Source: Selaginella moellendorffii (taxonomy: Eukaryota; Plantae; Lycopodiophyta). From it: a DNA stretch of 64,000 nucleotides. This document shows, piece by piece, positions 1 through 13,450 of this stretch. Location: contig NW_003314279.1 of the NCBI RefSeq assembly GCF_000143415.4, positions 274,734-338,733 of the forward strand. Direction: 5' to 3'. Made by a program: the position numbers and the translations under genes. The notes beneath the pieces were generated by a model. The model searched no databases, was not told the DNA's origin, and worked only from the letters and a program-made list of their open reading frames with translations. The stretch's first letter is position 1, and the number at the start of each line of letters is the position of its first letter.

Positions 1-1202
1 AGTGCAATTTGGCACTAGGAATGTGAGCAAAGATTAGTCATGTAGTGATTGCTAGGAGGAGTAATTGGTAGCAACAAACATGACAAGACAGACTGGGGCT
101 GTCATGGATGACAACAGTTCACAACAATATATTTTCTGGTTTATAAAATAATGACTACATATTTTTTGTTTTATAACTATTATAAATGACTTAAATAACT
201 ATTATAAAATTTAGTCATAAATTGCACAACTTAATAAAATTTCTAATTTGACTTTAAATCTTAAATATTGTGTCTTAAATTATAGTTACAAATATCAACT
301 GTAAATAATAACAATCTCAATGTAATGCAATAACTTAAAACTCATGTAGTAATGACCCCTTGTGGTTCCATTTTTTTCCCATTCTAATACCAAGAAGCAA
401 GTTTTGTTTGTGACTAATGTTGGTGACCATGGGCAATGAACAAGATCGCGAGCTGAGATAAGAGGGGTACTCATCTTCTTCTTGAATCTCCAGGGCCTTC
501 TCTACTTCGGGCTTTTCCAAACATGTCACTGTGCTCTGCTGTGGAGGTTGATGGGCTCGAGTTGGAACCAGCCATCAATCTTTTCGATGGCTGAGATACG
601 CCACAATGGAACATGACATTGACATGCGTTCTAGAGGGACAGAGGTGAGTGAGGGATCTGGATAAATCCACGCCAAGCCAAAGAGCTATGAGAGGTATTG
701 GCAAGGCTGGATTATTAGACTAAGAACATCATGATTGGATGTTTTCACAACTGTGGTCTTTTTTATGTATGACAGGGACTTGAACAATCCAACCAGATCC
801 AAAAACCAGATTTTACTAAATGGACATTTCCTTGCATGGACAACTTTAATTAACCCTTGCATAGATTTTTGCTGTTTATGTTTTGTATAGAAACAAAAAA
901 GAAGAAAAAGTTATTTGAACTAAAGAAAAAATGAGATTATCCAACAAGCTCATGTGTCTTTGGCTAACAATAATTATGTGTTGGACTTGTCGTCATTGGT
1001 GTCCACAGCCTGTGTTCTTGGTTGCTCCAAGATGCTAAGTTTTGCATCCGGCTGGGCCAGTCAGCATTTAGTCTCCTTGCAAAATCTTCGGCTTCCTTAA
1101 ATCTCAATCAATGTATGTCACCTTGAACGAAACTAGCGCCTGCAAATTGGATTGGAGATGAAAAACCTTGCTTTTTGAGCTCTAGAGACAAGAACAAAGC
1201 TC

Positions 1203-1629
1203 NNNNNNNNNNNNNNNNNNNNNNNNNNNNNNNNNNNNNNNNNNNNNNNNNNNNNNNNNNNNNNNNNNNNNNNNNNNNNNNNNNNNNNNNNNNNNNNNNN
1301 NNNNNNNNNNNNNNNNNNNNNNNNNNNNNNNNNNNNNNNNNNNNNNNNNNNNNNNNNNNNNNNNNNNNNNNNNNNNNNNNNNNNNNNNNNNNNNNNNNNN
1401 NNNNNNNNNNNNNNNNNNNNNNNNNNNNNNNNNNNNNNNNNNNNNNNNNNNNNNNNNNNNNNNNNNNNNNNNNNNNNNNNNNNNNNNNNNNNNNNNNNNN
1501 NNNNNNNNNNNNNNNNNNNNNNNNNNNNNNNNNNNNNNNNNNNNNNNNNNNNNNNNNNNNNNNNNNNNNNNNNNNNNNNNNNNNNNNNNNNNNNNNNNNN
1601 NNNNNNNNNNNNNNNNNNNNNNNNNNNNN
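1203..1629. other. Assembly gap (N run)
   Basis: Run of N. Confidence 1.
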
Positions 1630-1989
1630 CCCCGCAAGTATATCAATGTGCAAAACTACATTGCGCTCTCACGCCACCACTATATGAATCGACATCACAG
1701 CTTGGGAGGGCGATGAAGGCTATGGTCTCCATCTGGCGATGGTGATGAAGTGGCAATGCCATCGATTTGTGTGTGAACAAAGACACTATTTCCTGCAGCT
1801 CCATCCCCCAAGAAGGTAGAGCTTGCATGCCTTTGGTGAGGAGGAATCCGGTGCCACTGGGTATCAAAATCTCTTATCGTCCAAGCCCTGTTTGGCTCTG
1901 GAGTCTGGCAAATAGTTGATGAGAAACTGTGAAAGGAGTAGCGCAAGTCTCGTGCACAGGGAAGCGTGCCGGATCGACGAGCTAAGCAC

Positions 1990-2200
1990 CGGCAATGCAC
2001 ATTCTTCGTGCTATCACTATATGCCTGGTTTGGGCATATTGACAAGGCAATCAAGGTCTTTCACTCGATTCAGGATCCCAATGTCTTCTCCTGGAAAGTC
2101 CCGTTACAGGCCTTTTGCGATGACAATCGCGTTGAGAGGGACGTGGTGACCTGGACTGCGATGGTGATTGCATATGCCCGCATTGGGCATATTTTGCGCC
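1990..2200 (+). pseudogene. PLS-class PPR gene fragment
   Basis: LSLYAWFGHIDKAIKVFHSIQDPNVFSW...RDVVTWTAMVIAYARIGH PPR motifs; short and isolated. Confidence 0.75.
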
Positions 2201-2295
2201 AAAGTTTTTCTTCACGGGCCCCGGCGAAACCAGGTGGAATGCCTCTCATCCACCGCGAGGCCTTGCTCAATGGATGCTGTCTCAGGGACAAGTCA

Positions 2296-2575
2296 AGTTA
2301 ATCCCAGTTGCTACTCGAGTACGTACTGCCACTTCCCGGTCCAATAAGGTCACATCGCTGGTTGGAATGACTTGAGATCTTCCTTTTTCTTTTGCAGGAG
2401 AGGAAGTTTTTCGATGAGAAGTTCGTCCCGCTAGACACCAAAACGTTGTGTGAGCTCACGTCGGCAGCTGAAAGCCTTGAGGTGGACTTGACCAGTCGAC
2501 TCTAGATCGGATGATGGAAGGAAAGACACCGAAAGAGATCTGGACTGCCAGACGATCTAACTGAAGTAGGAAGCT
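2296..2575 (+). pseudogene. SKP1-like (ASK20/21 type) remnant
   Basis: After an intron acceptor at about 2397: ERKFFDEKFVPLDTKTLCELTSAAESLEVDLTSR...PDDLTE; preceding exon ends SNK|gt; internal deletions and stops. Confidence 0.75.
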
Positions 2576-3375
2576 AATGTTATAGATCTCTCACGGGCAT
2601 GGTAGCTTGCGAATTGTTTAATTCCAGCTCAGCTGTGGACAAAAAATGCATTTTGCTGGCGAGCTTCATGCAGATTGGAGATGTAGACATGGTGGCGTGG
2701 TTGAAATTGCAGCACAGCACGAGATGAAGCCAAAGAAATGTTCGATCGATACGAAGGATCAAATCTCATGAACATAATGCTAGAAGCATCAAATTCATGA
2801 TCACGGCTCTTTTTCCCCATATTGTGAAAAACATTGCTCCTTCAATTCGCTTAGGACCACCAAAACTACAACACAAGTCCGTCCACAAGCCATCCAGCAG
2901 GCTGTCCGATCAGCAGGATTCCTCATCCCCTCCCGCTACTAGGGACAACTAATTAAGTTGCTTCGTTTGGACTAATTGAGAAAACTCTCCGGTTTTTTAT
3001 TTCTTCCCCTTTTTTAGCTGCCACTTAGCTCAAGTTTAGGGTTCATTGTTGAAGGGCTAGAGCACACGGACGAGATGGGTTGGGGTCGTTGACCCTTGGC
3101 CGGCCCGGCCCTAGGCCACTTCACACGGTAAGTTCGTTTAGGTAGGGTTTTTCTTTGCGTGAGCAACAAGCGAGTAAAGAAAGCAAAGCTGCTTGCAACG
3201 AGCTGAGGTATGATCAAAGATAAAAGAAAGGCTAGTGGCGATCAAGAATTAACAACTCAAAAAAGCAAAGTGCAAAACAACGGGCCAAGGAACTCTCAAC
3301 GCGAAGAGAAACACACCAACGTGGACAATACGAACGATCATTGACGTGCATGCTTTAAGAATCCAACTTCCACGT

Positions 3376-5191
3376 TTAAACCTCTCTGAGCTCTTGGCCG
3401 CCACCTCCCTCGTCCGGCTGCCACCCGAAATACTTACAAACCTCCTCCAGCGACTTGCCTTTGGTCTCGGGCACCACGAAGAATACAAACACGATGGACG
3501 CAAACGCGATGGAGGCGTAGACGAAGAAGGCCCCGGACGTGGTGAGCGCTTCGGCCAGGCTCAAGTAAGTGAGCGCTACAGTCCCGCTGATCCCCCTGTT
3601 CATCCCGATGGACAGGCTCATCGCCCGTGCCCTGAGAGTGAGCGGGAAGATCTCCGACGTGAGCACGTACACCGTCGGCCCCAATCCAATGGAGAAGCTC
3701 GCCATGAAGCCGCAGATGGCGAGCATGGCGATGACCACCAACGCCACTGACGCGTGCTGTGAGCTGCTCATGTCCACCTTGGCACCGACGTGAAGGAAGC
3801 GGAACGTCACCGCTACCGTGGTGAGCGCGATGGTCATCCCGGTGGCACTGGCCAGGAGCAGCGTCCTGCGTCCCACGGTGTCGAGATAGACGGTGGCCAC
3901 CAGGATGAAGAGAGTTTTCGTCAGGCCGACCGCGATGGTCATGCCCAGCACGCTCGTCCTGCTCTTCATCCCCGCCTGTGCGAACACCGTCGGGCTGTAG
4001 TACACGAGAGCGTCCACGCCCGATGCCTGCTGGAAGAAGTGAATTCCCAGTGACACCAGTAGCATCCTGCGCACCGGAGCCGATGGTAGCAGTAGCTGCT
4101 TCCAGACGTTGCTACCTGTTTTTCTCTTTGCTTTGACCATCGGCTTCCTCTGCTCGGTGGTCGACGAAGCCACCGACGGGAGCTTTCGCAGCTCCGCTGG
4201 ATGATCGGCTTCCGGGTCCATCTTTGAGGTGTGCTCGTCCCGGACCTCTTGTTTCTCTGCCTCGTACTCGTCCCCCAGTGACTCTACTATCGCCGTGAGC
4301 CTCGACTCCGCCTCGCCCTTGTTCCCGCCGCAAGTTCTGATGAGAACGGTCTTGGCTTGAGAGACTCTGCCTTGCATCACCAGCCAGCGAGGAGACTCGG
4401 GCATCACCAGCACGGCGCAAGCCAGGAACACCGCAGGGACGGCACCGAGTCCCAGCATCAGCCTCCATCCCAGCCACTGGGGAAGCGGAGAGAGTGCAAA
4501 GTTCGCTACATAGCCAACCAGGATCCCAGTGTTGATAAAAACTTCGGCAAACGACACCAAGGATCCCCTGCTTCCGGGAGGAGAGAGTTCTGCCGTGTAC
4601 ACTGGAGCGATGATCATAGCAAAGCCGACCCCAACTCCCGATAGAACTCGTGCCCCCATGAGCACTGCGTACGATGGAGATAATGCCATGAGCAAGGCAC
4701 CAACGAAGAAGATCACAGAGGCTGTAGCCATTGTCTTCCTTCTTCCAACCGCATCGGCCAGCTTCCCAGCCATGAGCCCACCCACGAGAGACACCAGGTT
4801 GAGAATACCAACCAGTATTTCCTGCTGTACGCTGTTGAGCTTGAAGTCATCTTTAATGTACAGCAAGGCACCACTCATAACACCAATATCTGCACAAAAA
4901 GTAATGAGATCCAACACACATCCAAAGGAAGAAGAAGAACGTACCATATCCAAGCAGTATAGAGTTGAGAGAAGCCAGCAATGTGCAAAACACAACATAC
5001 TTGTTGTAGTTCTTCTTTCTTCCGCCAGGAACTGTCTCGGCTTCTGCTGCTGGTGCTGCTGGTGCTCCTGGTGCTGAAGAATTACCTCCTGAAAGTCTTC
5101 CTTCCAGATTTCTAGCTGAATCGAACAGACCCTTCCTTCCATGTTCTGAGGACTCGGATGGCTCACGAGCAAGACGGGAGCGCTCTTCCAT
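3376..5191 (-). CDS. Polyol/monosaccharide transporter (MFS sugar porter, PLT/PMT family); exons 4945-5191 and 3376-4889
   Basis: LASLNSILLGY|DIGVMSGA joined across a 55-nt GT-AG intron; PESPRWL, FFQQASGVDALVYY and PETKG motifs. Confidence 0.92.
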
Positions 5192-5737
5192 CCTTCCCTT
5201 CCTCCGCAGCAACTGGCGCCGTTTAAATTGGAGTTGCGTGATACCACAGAGCCTACTGGGTCCTTCACCGTCCAGACATCACCGTCAGGCTCTTGTTTTA
5301 TTAAGCAGGTCCTTTTGGGCCGTGCCACGGCTCGTATAGTTGAACAAAGATATCCTGCATCCAAGACACAGCCATTAGCCCCGGTTCCGACGCTACAATC
5401 AAACGGAAGTCTTTTAATTTTTTTCATCCTTTCTTTTTCCTGCCTTTTCTCTGACCCGGAAGTCCTCGACACTCAACGGAAAACTGTCAGCTACAAAGTC
5501 AAGACTAGCACACTATCATGGATGCCACACGTCACAGGAAACAAGATTTCAAAGAAACTAAAGAAACATGACAACCAAGCAACCATTCGGAAACCGCAGA
5601 AACGACGTACTAAGCTCCGTCTCTAAAAGACCACACCATGCCATGTGTATGTATTATATTCCTACAAGCCCGTGATTCCACCTACAAAAAAGAACCAGTA
5701 TTATACAACCAACGTCAGAACAGCGCCAACGTACCGC

Positions 5738-8125
5738 TCACAAAATGACGCATTTTTGGCCTCTCCATAAACTCCTCCCAGCGTTCCAAATAGTTTTCAT
5801 TTGTTGCCTCAAAGAGGAAGGTGGATTAACAATTTCCTCAGGCTGCTGCTCTTCGGATCGCACACTGTTCTCGGCTACCTCTCTTGGCTCGAGCGTCTCT
5901 TTAGATAGTTCACCTGGCTTCTTGTCAAGGAGCCCTTGAAACTGCTTCCGAACTCTGAAATACTATGAGCAGAATTATGAAGGTCCATTGCTAATTACCA
6001 ACCTGCTCTTTCCTTTTCAGTGTGGATAGAGCAGCTTTTGCGTCCACTTACGACGACTTGTCTGTACTGGCCATCTGCAAGATATTTGTAAGAACACATG
6101 CCTCTAACATACTTTTACATACTTTTGCCTTTTCGAAATCCTTCTGAGCGTCGTCAAAATCCCCCATTCCCATAAAAGCATTCCCTCGGCGGTACAGTGC
6201 TTTCGAGTGACAAGGATTTACTTCTAGAACCTGCATATTCATATCCAAAGTTAGAGAAAGAATAAAATTAATTGTGCATACCTGGTTGCATAATTCAATA
6301 CACTTCCTGAAGTTTCCTTGTTTCTGTTCACAAGCTGCGACGTTCAGTTGTATTAGAGTCTGTAAGCAAAATGCGCAAGTTAATAGCAGAGCGAACTTTT
6401 AAAAGTGAGAAAAGCTTACACGAGCTTGTGCAAACTCTACACCCTCATTGTCATCTTGAGGATTCACGTGTTTAAACTCTCGTAAAATCTGTGTAAGATA
6501 ATCAGAACAGCTTTGGGATATTCAGAATAAAAGATAGGAAGATTACCTTTTCGTATTTAGCTTTCGCCAATTCAAACTTCCCTTCTTTAAATAACCGATT
6601 GCCCTGTAAACTGAAGATTAGATGATAAAATACTACTCGAATTACACAATATGGTAGTTCTCATTTTAGTGGCATCATCCATTATCTCCTGCCAGACAAT
6701 GGGAGGTGGAGCTTTTAAGCTTTGACACTGTGAAGGTAAACTTTTATTCTATGTGCTTTTGTTCTCGGTATGATTTTGGACATTCTCTGGAACAAGTTTT
6801 GGCCTGCCAAAAGATGGTTAAATACCATAGCAAACGGGTTTTCTCACCTTATTCAGGAGAACAAATAGCATTGTCACACACAATTTAGAACATGCTCCCC
6901 GGGTAGCGTAAGTTTAAGGCAAATTTCCAAACCTTCAGGAACCTGTCATAAACAACATTTTCAGCTTCCAATGCGATATGTTTGAAGCATACCAGTCCTT
7001 CTCCTGTAGCAAAAACCAATGGCTCTCCGCCTTCGTTGTCATTTCGGGTATCAACAAACACTTTGCCACCTTCGCTTGGTAGCACTCCCTTGTAGTGTAT
7101 ACGCAATGTACTGTCTTGAAGTGGGCAGTCCATGGCTACTCCATCACGGATGCGCCACTTCACTACGCGGCCATCGCCAAACATGTCTCGCAGCTTAAAA
7201 ATACGCGCTTTAACCATCAGGAAATAGAAAACAGCATCATACCTGTATTATTTGAACTACTTCTACTTCAAATGCCACTTCACCGGAAGTAACAGGTAGA
7301 TCGGGAATGGCGGATGATGGAGTAAGATACTCTGTGGTAACGTATACAATAGCCTTCTCCCCTTTTGTCCTTGTTCCTATGCCTTTCTCAAGGCCAAGGC
7401 AAACATTGTACTCGAGTTTGACGCGCAAAGATAGAGATATTATACCTCTTTTTTGCCAAAGCAAAATTCGAATGGATTGCCCTTGGTGTGAGCGAAGAAC
7501 ACTTCTCCGTTTACACTTCCGGTTATCCTAGAGTAAGGCGTTTTTGTTACCACACCAAAAGATGAAGGGACAGTACACACCAAACATTTATCTCGTATGG
7601 CTCCCGTGCAGTCTCGAATCCCTCGCCCTCACGGAGAACCTACGGGTTGAGTTAACTTTGGAGCTTGCAAACCGAGTATATATGAACCTGCTTGAGTACC
7701 CCCAAAGTCATCTGTGATCACCTGAAAACAACTCGAGTCAAGAAAGAAAAGAGCAAAGCCTACTGACCTTCACAGGTCGGATCTCAAGCATGTCTATCTC
7801 AATAATTAGAATCTCGTGTTTCGGAAAGTCTTCTCGCGCACTAACCGGACGGTCGGGATCTCCATAGTGAAACTCAGGTAAGATTTTAAGCTGGGAAACC
7901 ATCATCGAGTATGAATGAGAAACAAAGAGATGCTACTGAATTTCCCCACCATCACAACAGTTAGTAGTCCTTCTTCCCAGCCTTCGAATCATCTTGCTCT
8001 TTCCAAGCACCAGCTTAATTGGCTCACCACTTCCTAAAACAGAATAGAAATACTGAAACGAACCGCCAAGCTCCGGCCGAGTGGATTCCATAATCACGCC
8101 CTCGCTCGTCCGAGTAGTGCAGTGA
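5738..8125 (-). pseudogene. PAS1: PASTICCINO1-like multi-FKBP + TPR peptidyl-prolyl isomerase, 5'-truncated pseudogene
   Basis: HCTTRTSEGVIMESTR, DMFGDGRVVK...MDCPLQDSTLRIHYKG, TPR KALYRRGNAFM; premature TAA at 6048-6050, internal deletions, no start exon; ends CVIL*. Confidence 0.82.
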
Positions 8126-10255
8126 AAGACGTGACGCCCAGGCCGACCGTGCTCGTCGCTGAGAAGCTGGGAGAGGCCGGCCTGGATCTCCTCCGCAAGG
8201 TAGCCAACGTCGACTGCTCCTACAATCTCTCCCCCAAGGAGCTCCAGGCCAAGATTTCCCTGTGTGACGCGGTGATCGTGAGGAGCGCTACCAAGGTCAC
8301 AAACGAGGTGTTTGAGGCGGCCAATGGAAGACTAAAGGTTGTGGGGAGGGCTGGCGTTGGGATCGACAACGTCAACTTGCAAGCCGCCACCGATAAGAGC
8401 TGCCTGGTAGTGAATGCTCCCACGGCAAACGCTGTGGCAGCGGCCGAGCACGCCATCGCTCTCCTTGCTGCATTGGCCAGGAACGTCGCGCAAGCAAACG
8501 CTTCTGTCAAGTCAGGTAAGATCTTTGTGTGGCATTTCTTTTCTTTTCTTTGTGGTGTTTGATTGTGTTTGTGTTTTGCTGGATGCTCCAACTTTGTTCT
8601 TGCGCACGAGTGCTTTTAAAATCGTTACTTTGTTTGATAATGTCTTGCTGACTTTGTTTCATTGTTTGGAATCATTAGCTTTGTTTGATCTTGTCTTGCT
8701 GACTTTGCTCCATGGTTAAAATTACTAACTTTGCTTGATTTTGTCTTGGTGATTTTGCTCCATTGTTCGAAATCATTAGCTTTGTTTGGTCTTGTCTTGC
8801 TGACCTTTCTCCATTGTTTACTAAGTTCTACTCTCTTGGTCTAAGAAGAACTAACACGAGAGTCGTTTCTTTATTTTTTCTGTTTCTCCAGGGAAGTGGC
8901 AGAGAAGCAAGTACACGGGCGTTTCTCTAGTAGACAAAACCATCGCCGTCATGGGATTTGGGAAAGTGGGATCGGAAGTTGCTCGGAGAGCCAAAGGCCT
9001 GGGCATGCACGTGATTGCGCACGATCCGTATGCTCCCGCCGACAGGGCCCGCGCCATTGGAGTGGAGATCGTTGGCTTCGACGAGGCACTGGCTCGAGCC
9101 GACTTTATCTCGCTCCACATGCCGCTCACGGCAACGACGAAACTTTTGCGAAGGTAAAGAAGGGAGTTCGCATCATCAACGTCGCGAGGGGCGGTGTCAT
9201 TGACGAAGCTGCGTTGATCAAGGCACTTGACAATGGCACTGTGGCTCAGGTAGATCTTTTACTTATTTATTCAAGAGAGAGAGATCTGACACGTTGGTGT
9301 GTTTTTTGTTAGGCTGCTCACGATGTGTTCGAGCAAGAACCGCCTGCAAAGGACAACAAGGTGGTCCAGCACGAGAATGTGATAGTTACTCCCCATCTAG
9401 GTGCGAGCACGGTAGAAGCGCAGGTTAGCAGCATCCCAACTTCCATGGCTCATCAAAATGGAGTTTGTAGGAAGGCGTGGCCGTAGAGATTGCTGAGGCT
9501 GTCGTTGGCGCGTTGCGTGGAGAGCTTTCCGCTACTGCGGTGAACGCTCCAATGGTTTCCTCCAAGGTATGCTAATCTCTTTACTGCTTTGCTCGACACT
9601 CAATGCTCGCAACTCCAGGTTTTAACCGAGCTCACTGGCCGAGAAGCTGGGAAAGCTAGCAGCTGGGGCGGAGTCAAGGACGTAATCATCAGCTACACGT
9701 CCGCCCGGTCCCCGGACGATCTAGACACCCGGCTCCTCCGCGCGATGATCGTCAAGGGCCTGGTGGAGCCAGTGTCGGACGCCTTCATCAACCTCGTGAA
9801 CGCAGACTACGTCGCAAAGCAGCGTGGCATCCGGATCAGCGAGGAGAGGCACCCGGCCGAGGGGACGGGCACGCAGGCCCAGCCGCTGGAGAGCATCGCG
9901 GTGAAGATCTCCAAAGTTCTCGACCGCAGTCTCCGACGGTGGAAGGGTGGCGGTGGCGGTGGCGGGCAGGATCAAGAACGGGCTTCCACACCTCTCGCAG
10001 GTGGGGCAGTTTAGCATGGAAGTGAGCCTGGAGGGATCGGTCATCCTGTGCAAACAGGTGGATCAGCCGGGGATCATCGGGAAAGTTGGCGGGCTGCTGG
10101 GCGACGGGAACGTGAACGTGAGCTTCATGAGCGTGGGGAGGACTTCGTCAGGAAGCAGGCGGTGATGGCGATTGGCGTGGATGAGGAGCCGAGCAAGGAA
10201 GTGCTGCACAGGATCGGGGCCATCCCGGCGGTGGAGGAGTTCGTGTTTCTCAATA
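8126..10255 (+). pseudogene. PGDH: D-3-phosphoglycerate dehydrogenase, 5'-truncated and frameshifted
   Basis: [40 protein letters not shown]-terminal ACT DQPGIIGKVG; frameshifts at about 9140, 9920 and 10145; no ATG or transit peptide. Confidence 0.9.
8620..8820 (+). repeat. Intronic minisatellite, about 50-bp unit x about 4
   Basis: Repeated ctttgtttgatcttgtcttgctgactttgctccattg...aatcattag. Confidence 0.8.
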
Positions 10256-10401
10256 TCACAGGAATCACTGGAAGATCATCGCTCAAGCGAAGGGAATGAA
10301 AGTTCTATGCATTGTCCAGCATTGAAGGTTTGAAAGTAAAATTCCTGGTTACTGATCATTCTTGTGTGAGTGAGAGCCAAGGTCCACTTTAGGGTCATTC
10401 C

Positions 10402-11713
10402 ATGGCGATGGCGAACGAGAAGGTGTGTGTCACCGGCGCTTCTGGTTTCCTGGCATCTTGGCTCGTGAAGCGGCTATTGGAGGAGGGATATCACGTCATC
10501 GGGACTGTGCGCGATCCAGGTACATACAAACGAGAAGAAACATAGTTTAATTCTCTTGTTTCTGATACTAGACGATGCGAGCAAGACTTCGCGCTTCCAG
10601 GGGCGAGAGAGAGGCTGGAGCTCAAGAAGGCCGCGCAAGGGGCCTTTGACGATATTGTTCAAGGCTGCCATGGAGTTTTCCATGTCGCGGCTGCCGTGAC
10701 TCTCAGCTACAAGGACGATCCACAGGTAACTTTGCTTGACTCCTTCGATTCGGTCTAGTCTTGTATCACAAACTTTTACTGGTTGTTTTTGTTTACGGTT
10801 CTTCTTCCAGACCGAGATTGTTGATCCATGCTTGCTTGGAACTCTAAACGTGCTCGATGCCTGCAAGAGATCTACGACAGTCAAGCGAGTGGTGTGCACG
10901 TCATCCGTGACTGCTGTCCGCGTGAGGAACGACTTCAAGCCCGATGACGTCTTGGATGAATCGGTGTGGAGCTCCCCAGACTGCTGCCGTGAGACTCAGG
11001 CAAGTGTCTTATTTCCAAAGGACCAATTCTTAAAAAACTTTTGAAGTCTAGATGTGGTATGGTCTGGGAAAGACTCTATCCGAGCAAGCAGCACTCGAGT
11101 TTGGGAAAGAAAGCGGCATAGATGTGATCACAATCGCTCCCAGCTTAATCGTTGGAGAACTTCTCTCGTCCAGGGCCACCGCAAGCGTGCCTATATTCTC
11201 CGGCTGCTCCAAGGCAAGCCTTTCTACATCGGAAGAACAGAAGAAGGACGTTTTTGAGATTCCAACCTCACTGCAGGAGCCAAGCAGTGGATAGATCACG
11301 CTGGATACGTCCATCTCGACGACGTTGCTCAAGCTCACCTCCTCGCCTACACAAATCCCAAAGCCAGTGGAAGATACGTTTGCTCTGCTATCAACATGAG
11401 TGCGATCGAGCTCGCCAGCTTCACGTCCAAGAGGTATCCCAAGCACAAAATCGCCTCTACCGACGAGTAAGATCACGCAAACAAAAATTTAGTTTTCTGG
11501 CGCTGTTTTATACTCATTCCTTTGCTTTCTTGCAGGATCGAGGTCCGGTGGCCGGCAAATTTCAAGGGATTCAGCTCCAGAAAGCTTCAGGACGACCTTG
11601 GGATCCAATTCAAGTCGCTGGAGCAAATGTTCGACGATTGCGTTGAGAGCCTGGAACGCAAAGGCCTCTTACACGCAAGTAAGAGTAGATCGCTTGACTC
11701 ATTTCTTTCTTGA
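10402..11713 (+). pseudogene. TKPR1/CCR/DFR-like reductase copy 1 (frameshifted)
   Basis: Paralog of 19439-20741 with the same exon structure; net -10 nt at about 10585, a 9-nt deletion at about 10633 and -1 at about 11190. Confidence 0.88.
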
Positions 11714-12677
11714 TCCAGGTAACGCAAGTGTGGCATGTATGGCTAGCAAAATAAGCACCATAGTCATGATCGAAGCACTATGGGTCCGTCTCCACTGATT
11801 CTCCAGCTTTGCCAGCTCCAGCAAGAGCAAAGAGCGCTATTAAAAAAAATTTAATTACAAAACCATATCAATCAATATCGGTGAGCAATTGTTGCATGAT
11901 TTGATGAACTTGTTCCTGATGTGAACTATGAAACTGTGAGTGGATTTGATGCAAGCTCTAGACTGGTCACACCTGATAAGAGAACCTGATGAAACTCCAC
12001 CGACGACCGAACAATATTGAAAGCAAGCTCTAGACCGGTGTAATGAAAACCTGATAAGAAATGTTTGTTCTAGCTCGTGTACTGGAACGGAAGAAAACAA
12101 ACGATAGGATCGTGCTTGTATCTAATTATCGGGATCAGCCCTCTTCCTCCCCTGTTTGTGCATCACCGCCATCGAAATCCAAGAGAGTTGAATCGATTCG
12201 ACATCGCCCATTTAAATGCGAAAGATCGAAGAGAAAGGAGAGAGACTCGTGTTTACGTATGGGCGACTGAGCAAGAGCTTCCTGAAATCTCTACAAGTCG
12301 ATGCCACTCCTGGGCTGGAGGCGGCGGCGGCGGCAGCGGCGGCAGTGCTGAGAGGATTGAAGCTGCTCAATTGGAACGGCGGTGGCGCCGATGATCACAG
12401 CATTTGCGCTGGTCGCCGGGGAGGACCGGCATCTCATCAATTGGCCCGAAAGACCCAATGCGCTCCTCATCGCGATATATAGTAACTTTCCTCCGATCGA
12501 TCGATCGATCGACGAACCGGGAACCAAATTTGAAGAGCCCGGGAGATTGTTAGGGATTTCAAATCAAAGCCTTTTGCCACGTAGGCGTCGACAAGATTTT
12601 TAACCCCCTTTTGCTTAACTTTTATTTAAAAGGCAGTGAATAGTGTATAGGTTTGGATTAAAGCAAAGGGTGGTGAG

Positions 12678-13450
12678 ATGACAAGCAAAGATTTTTCTGG
12701 ACTGTTGGTTCTTGCGGATGCTGCAGCCTAGCCAAGTTTTTCGAAGACATTTGTCCTGAGAAGGAAGCGGTCTCCACGGAAATCCATGCTCTGGAGGGCT
12801 CTACTTTGGTTCGCGGCGGATATGAGCACCAGCGAGCCCGATTCCAACGGCAAAAGACAAGTGATTAACCAGGAAGCTGGGCAGCTACATGAGAAGAAAC
12901 GAAGAAAGGTGGTGGTCATGGACGAATGTCAACAACTGGGACAAAAGGTAAAGAAACATAAGATGGGCGATCGAGATTATGGTTCAAGGACTGATGAGGT
13001 GAAAGATTCCTCGTCCTCAGGTGAAGATGGCGCGATTCAGCCGGCGGGAGACACCAAGAAAACGAAGTGTCACAAGTGGAGACCCCGGAAACGCGAGGAT
13101 CCTCTCGTCACCTGCGATCCATCTCGTTGGGCTCTACTTTTTGACAAGAAGCTGACCGCCAGCGACGTGAATAGCCTGCACAGATTGCTCATCCCGGTCA
13201 AGTACAAGACAATTCTCCCGAATGATCAAAAGGTTCTCGTGGAATTTGTGGACGAAGAGGGCGGAGTTTGGGAGCTCCGTTGCAAGAAGGAAAAAACCTG
13301 ATCACAACACACTGGATTCATTACGTGAGGGAGCACTCGCTCAAGGAAGGAGACACCGTTTGTTTTTACAAGAAGGTTTCCTCGGCTGATCCTAAGTTTG
13401 GAATCTCATTTGCTAGAACTTCTGGAAAGGCAAAAGGTCATTCACACTAA
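12678..13450 (+). pseudogene. B3-domain (RAV/REM-like) transcription factor, disrupted
   Basis: LFDKKLTASDVNSLHRLLIP...DEEGGVWEL then frameshift in an A-run at about 13295 to W IHYVREHSLKEGDTVCF; in-frame TAG at 12729 after ATG 12678. Confidence 0.78.

Noticed and set aside
335-704. Short minus-strand ORFs
   Set aside because: No recognisable domain
1108-1687. ORFs of 154-181 aa
   Set aside because: Span the N gap; artefacts
5192-5472. N-terminal extension in the 698-aa transporter ORF
   Set aside because: The true exon 1 is in another frame (ATG 5191); the ORF reads through an intron and upstream DNA
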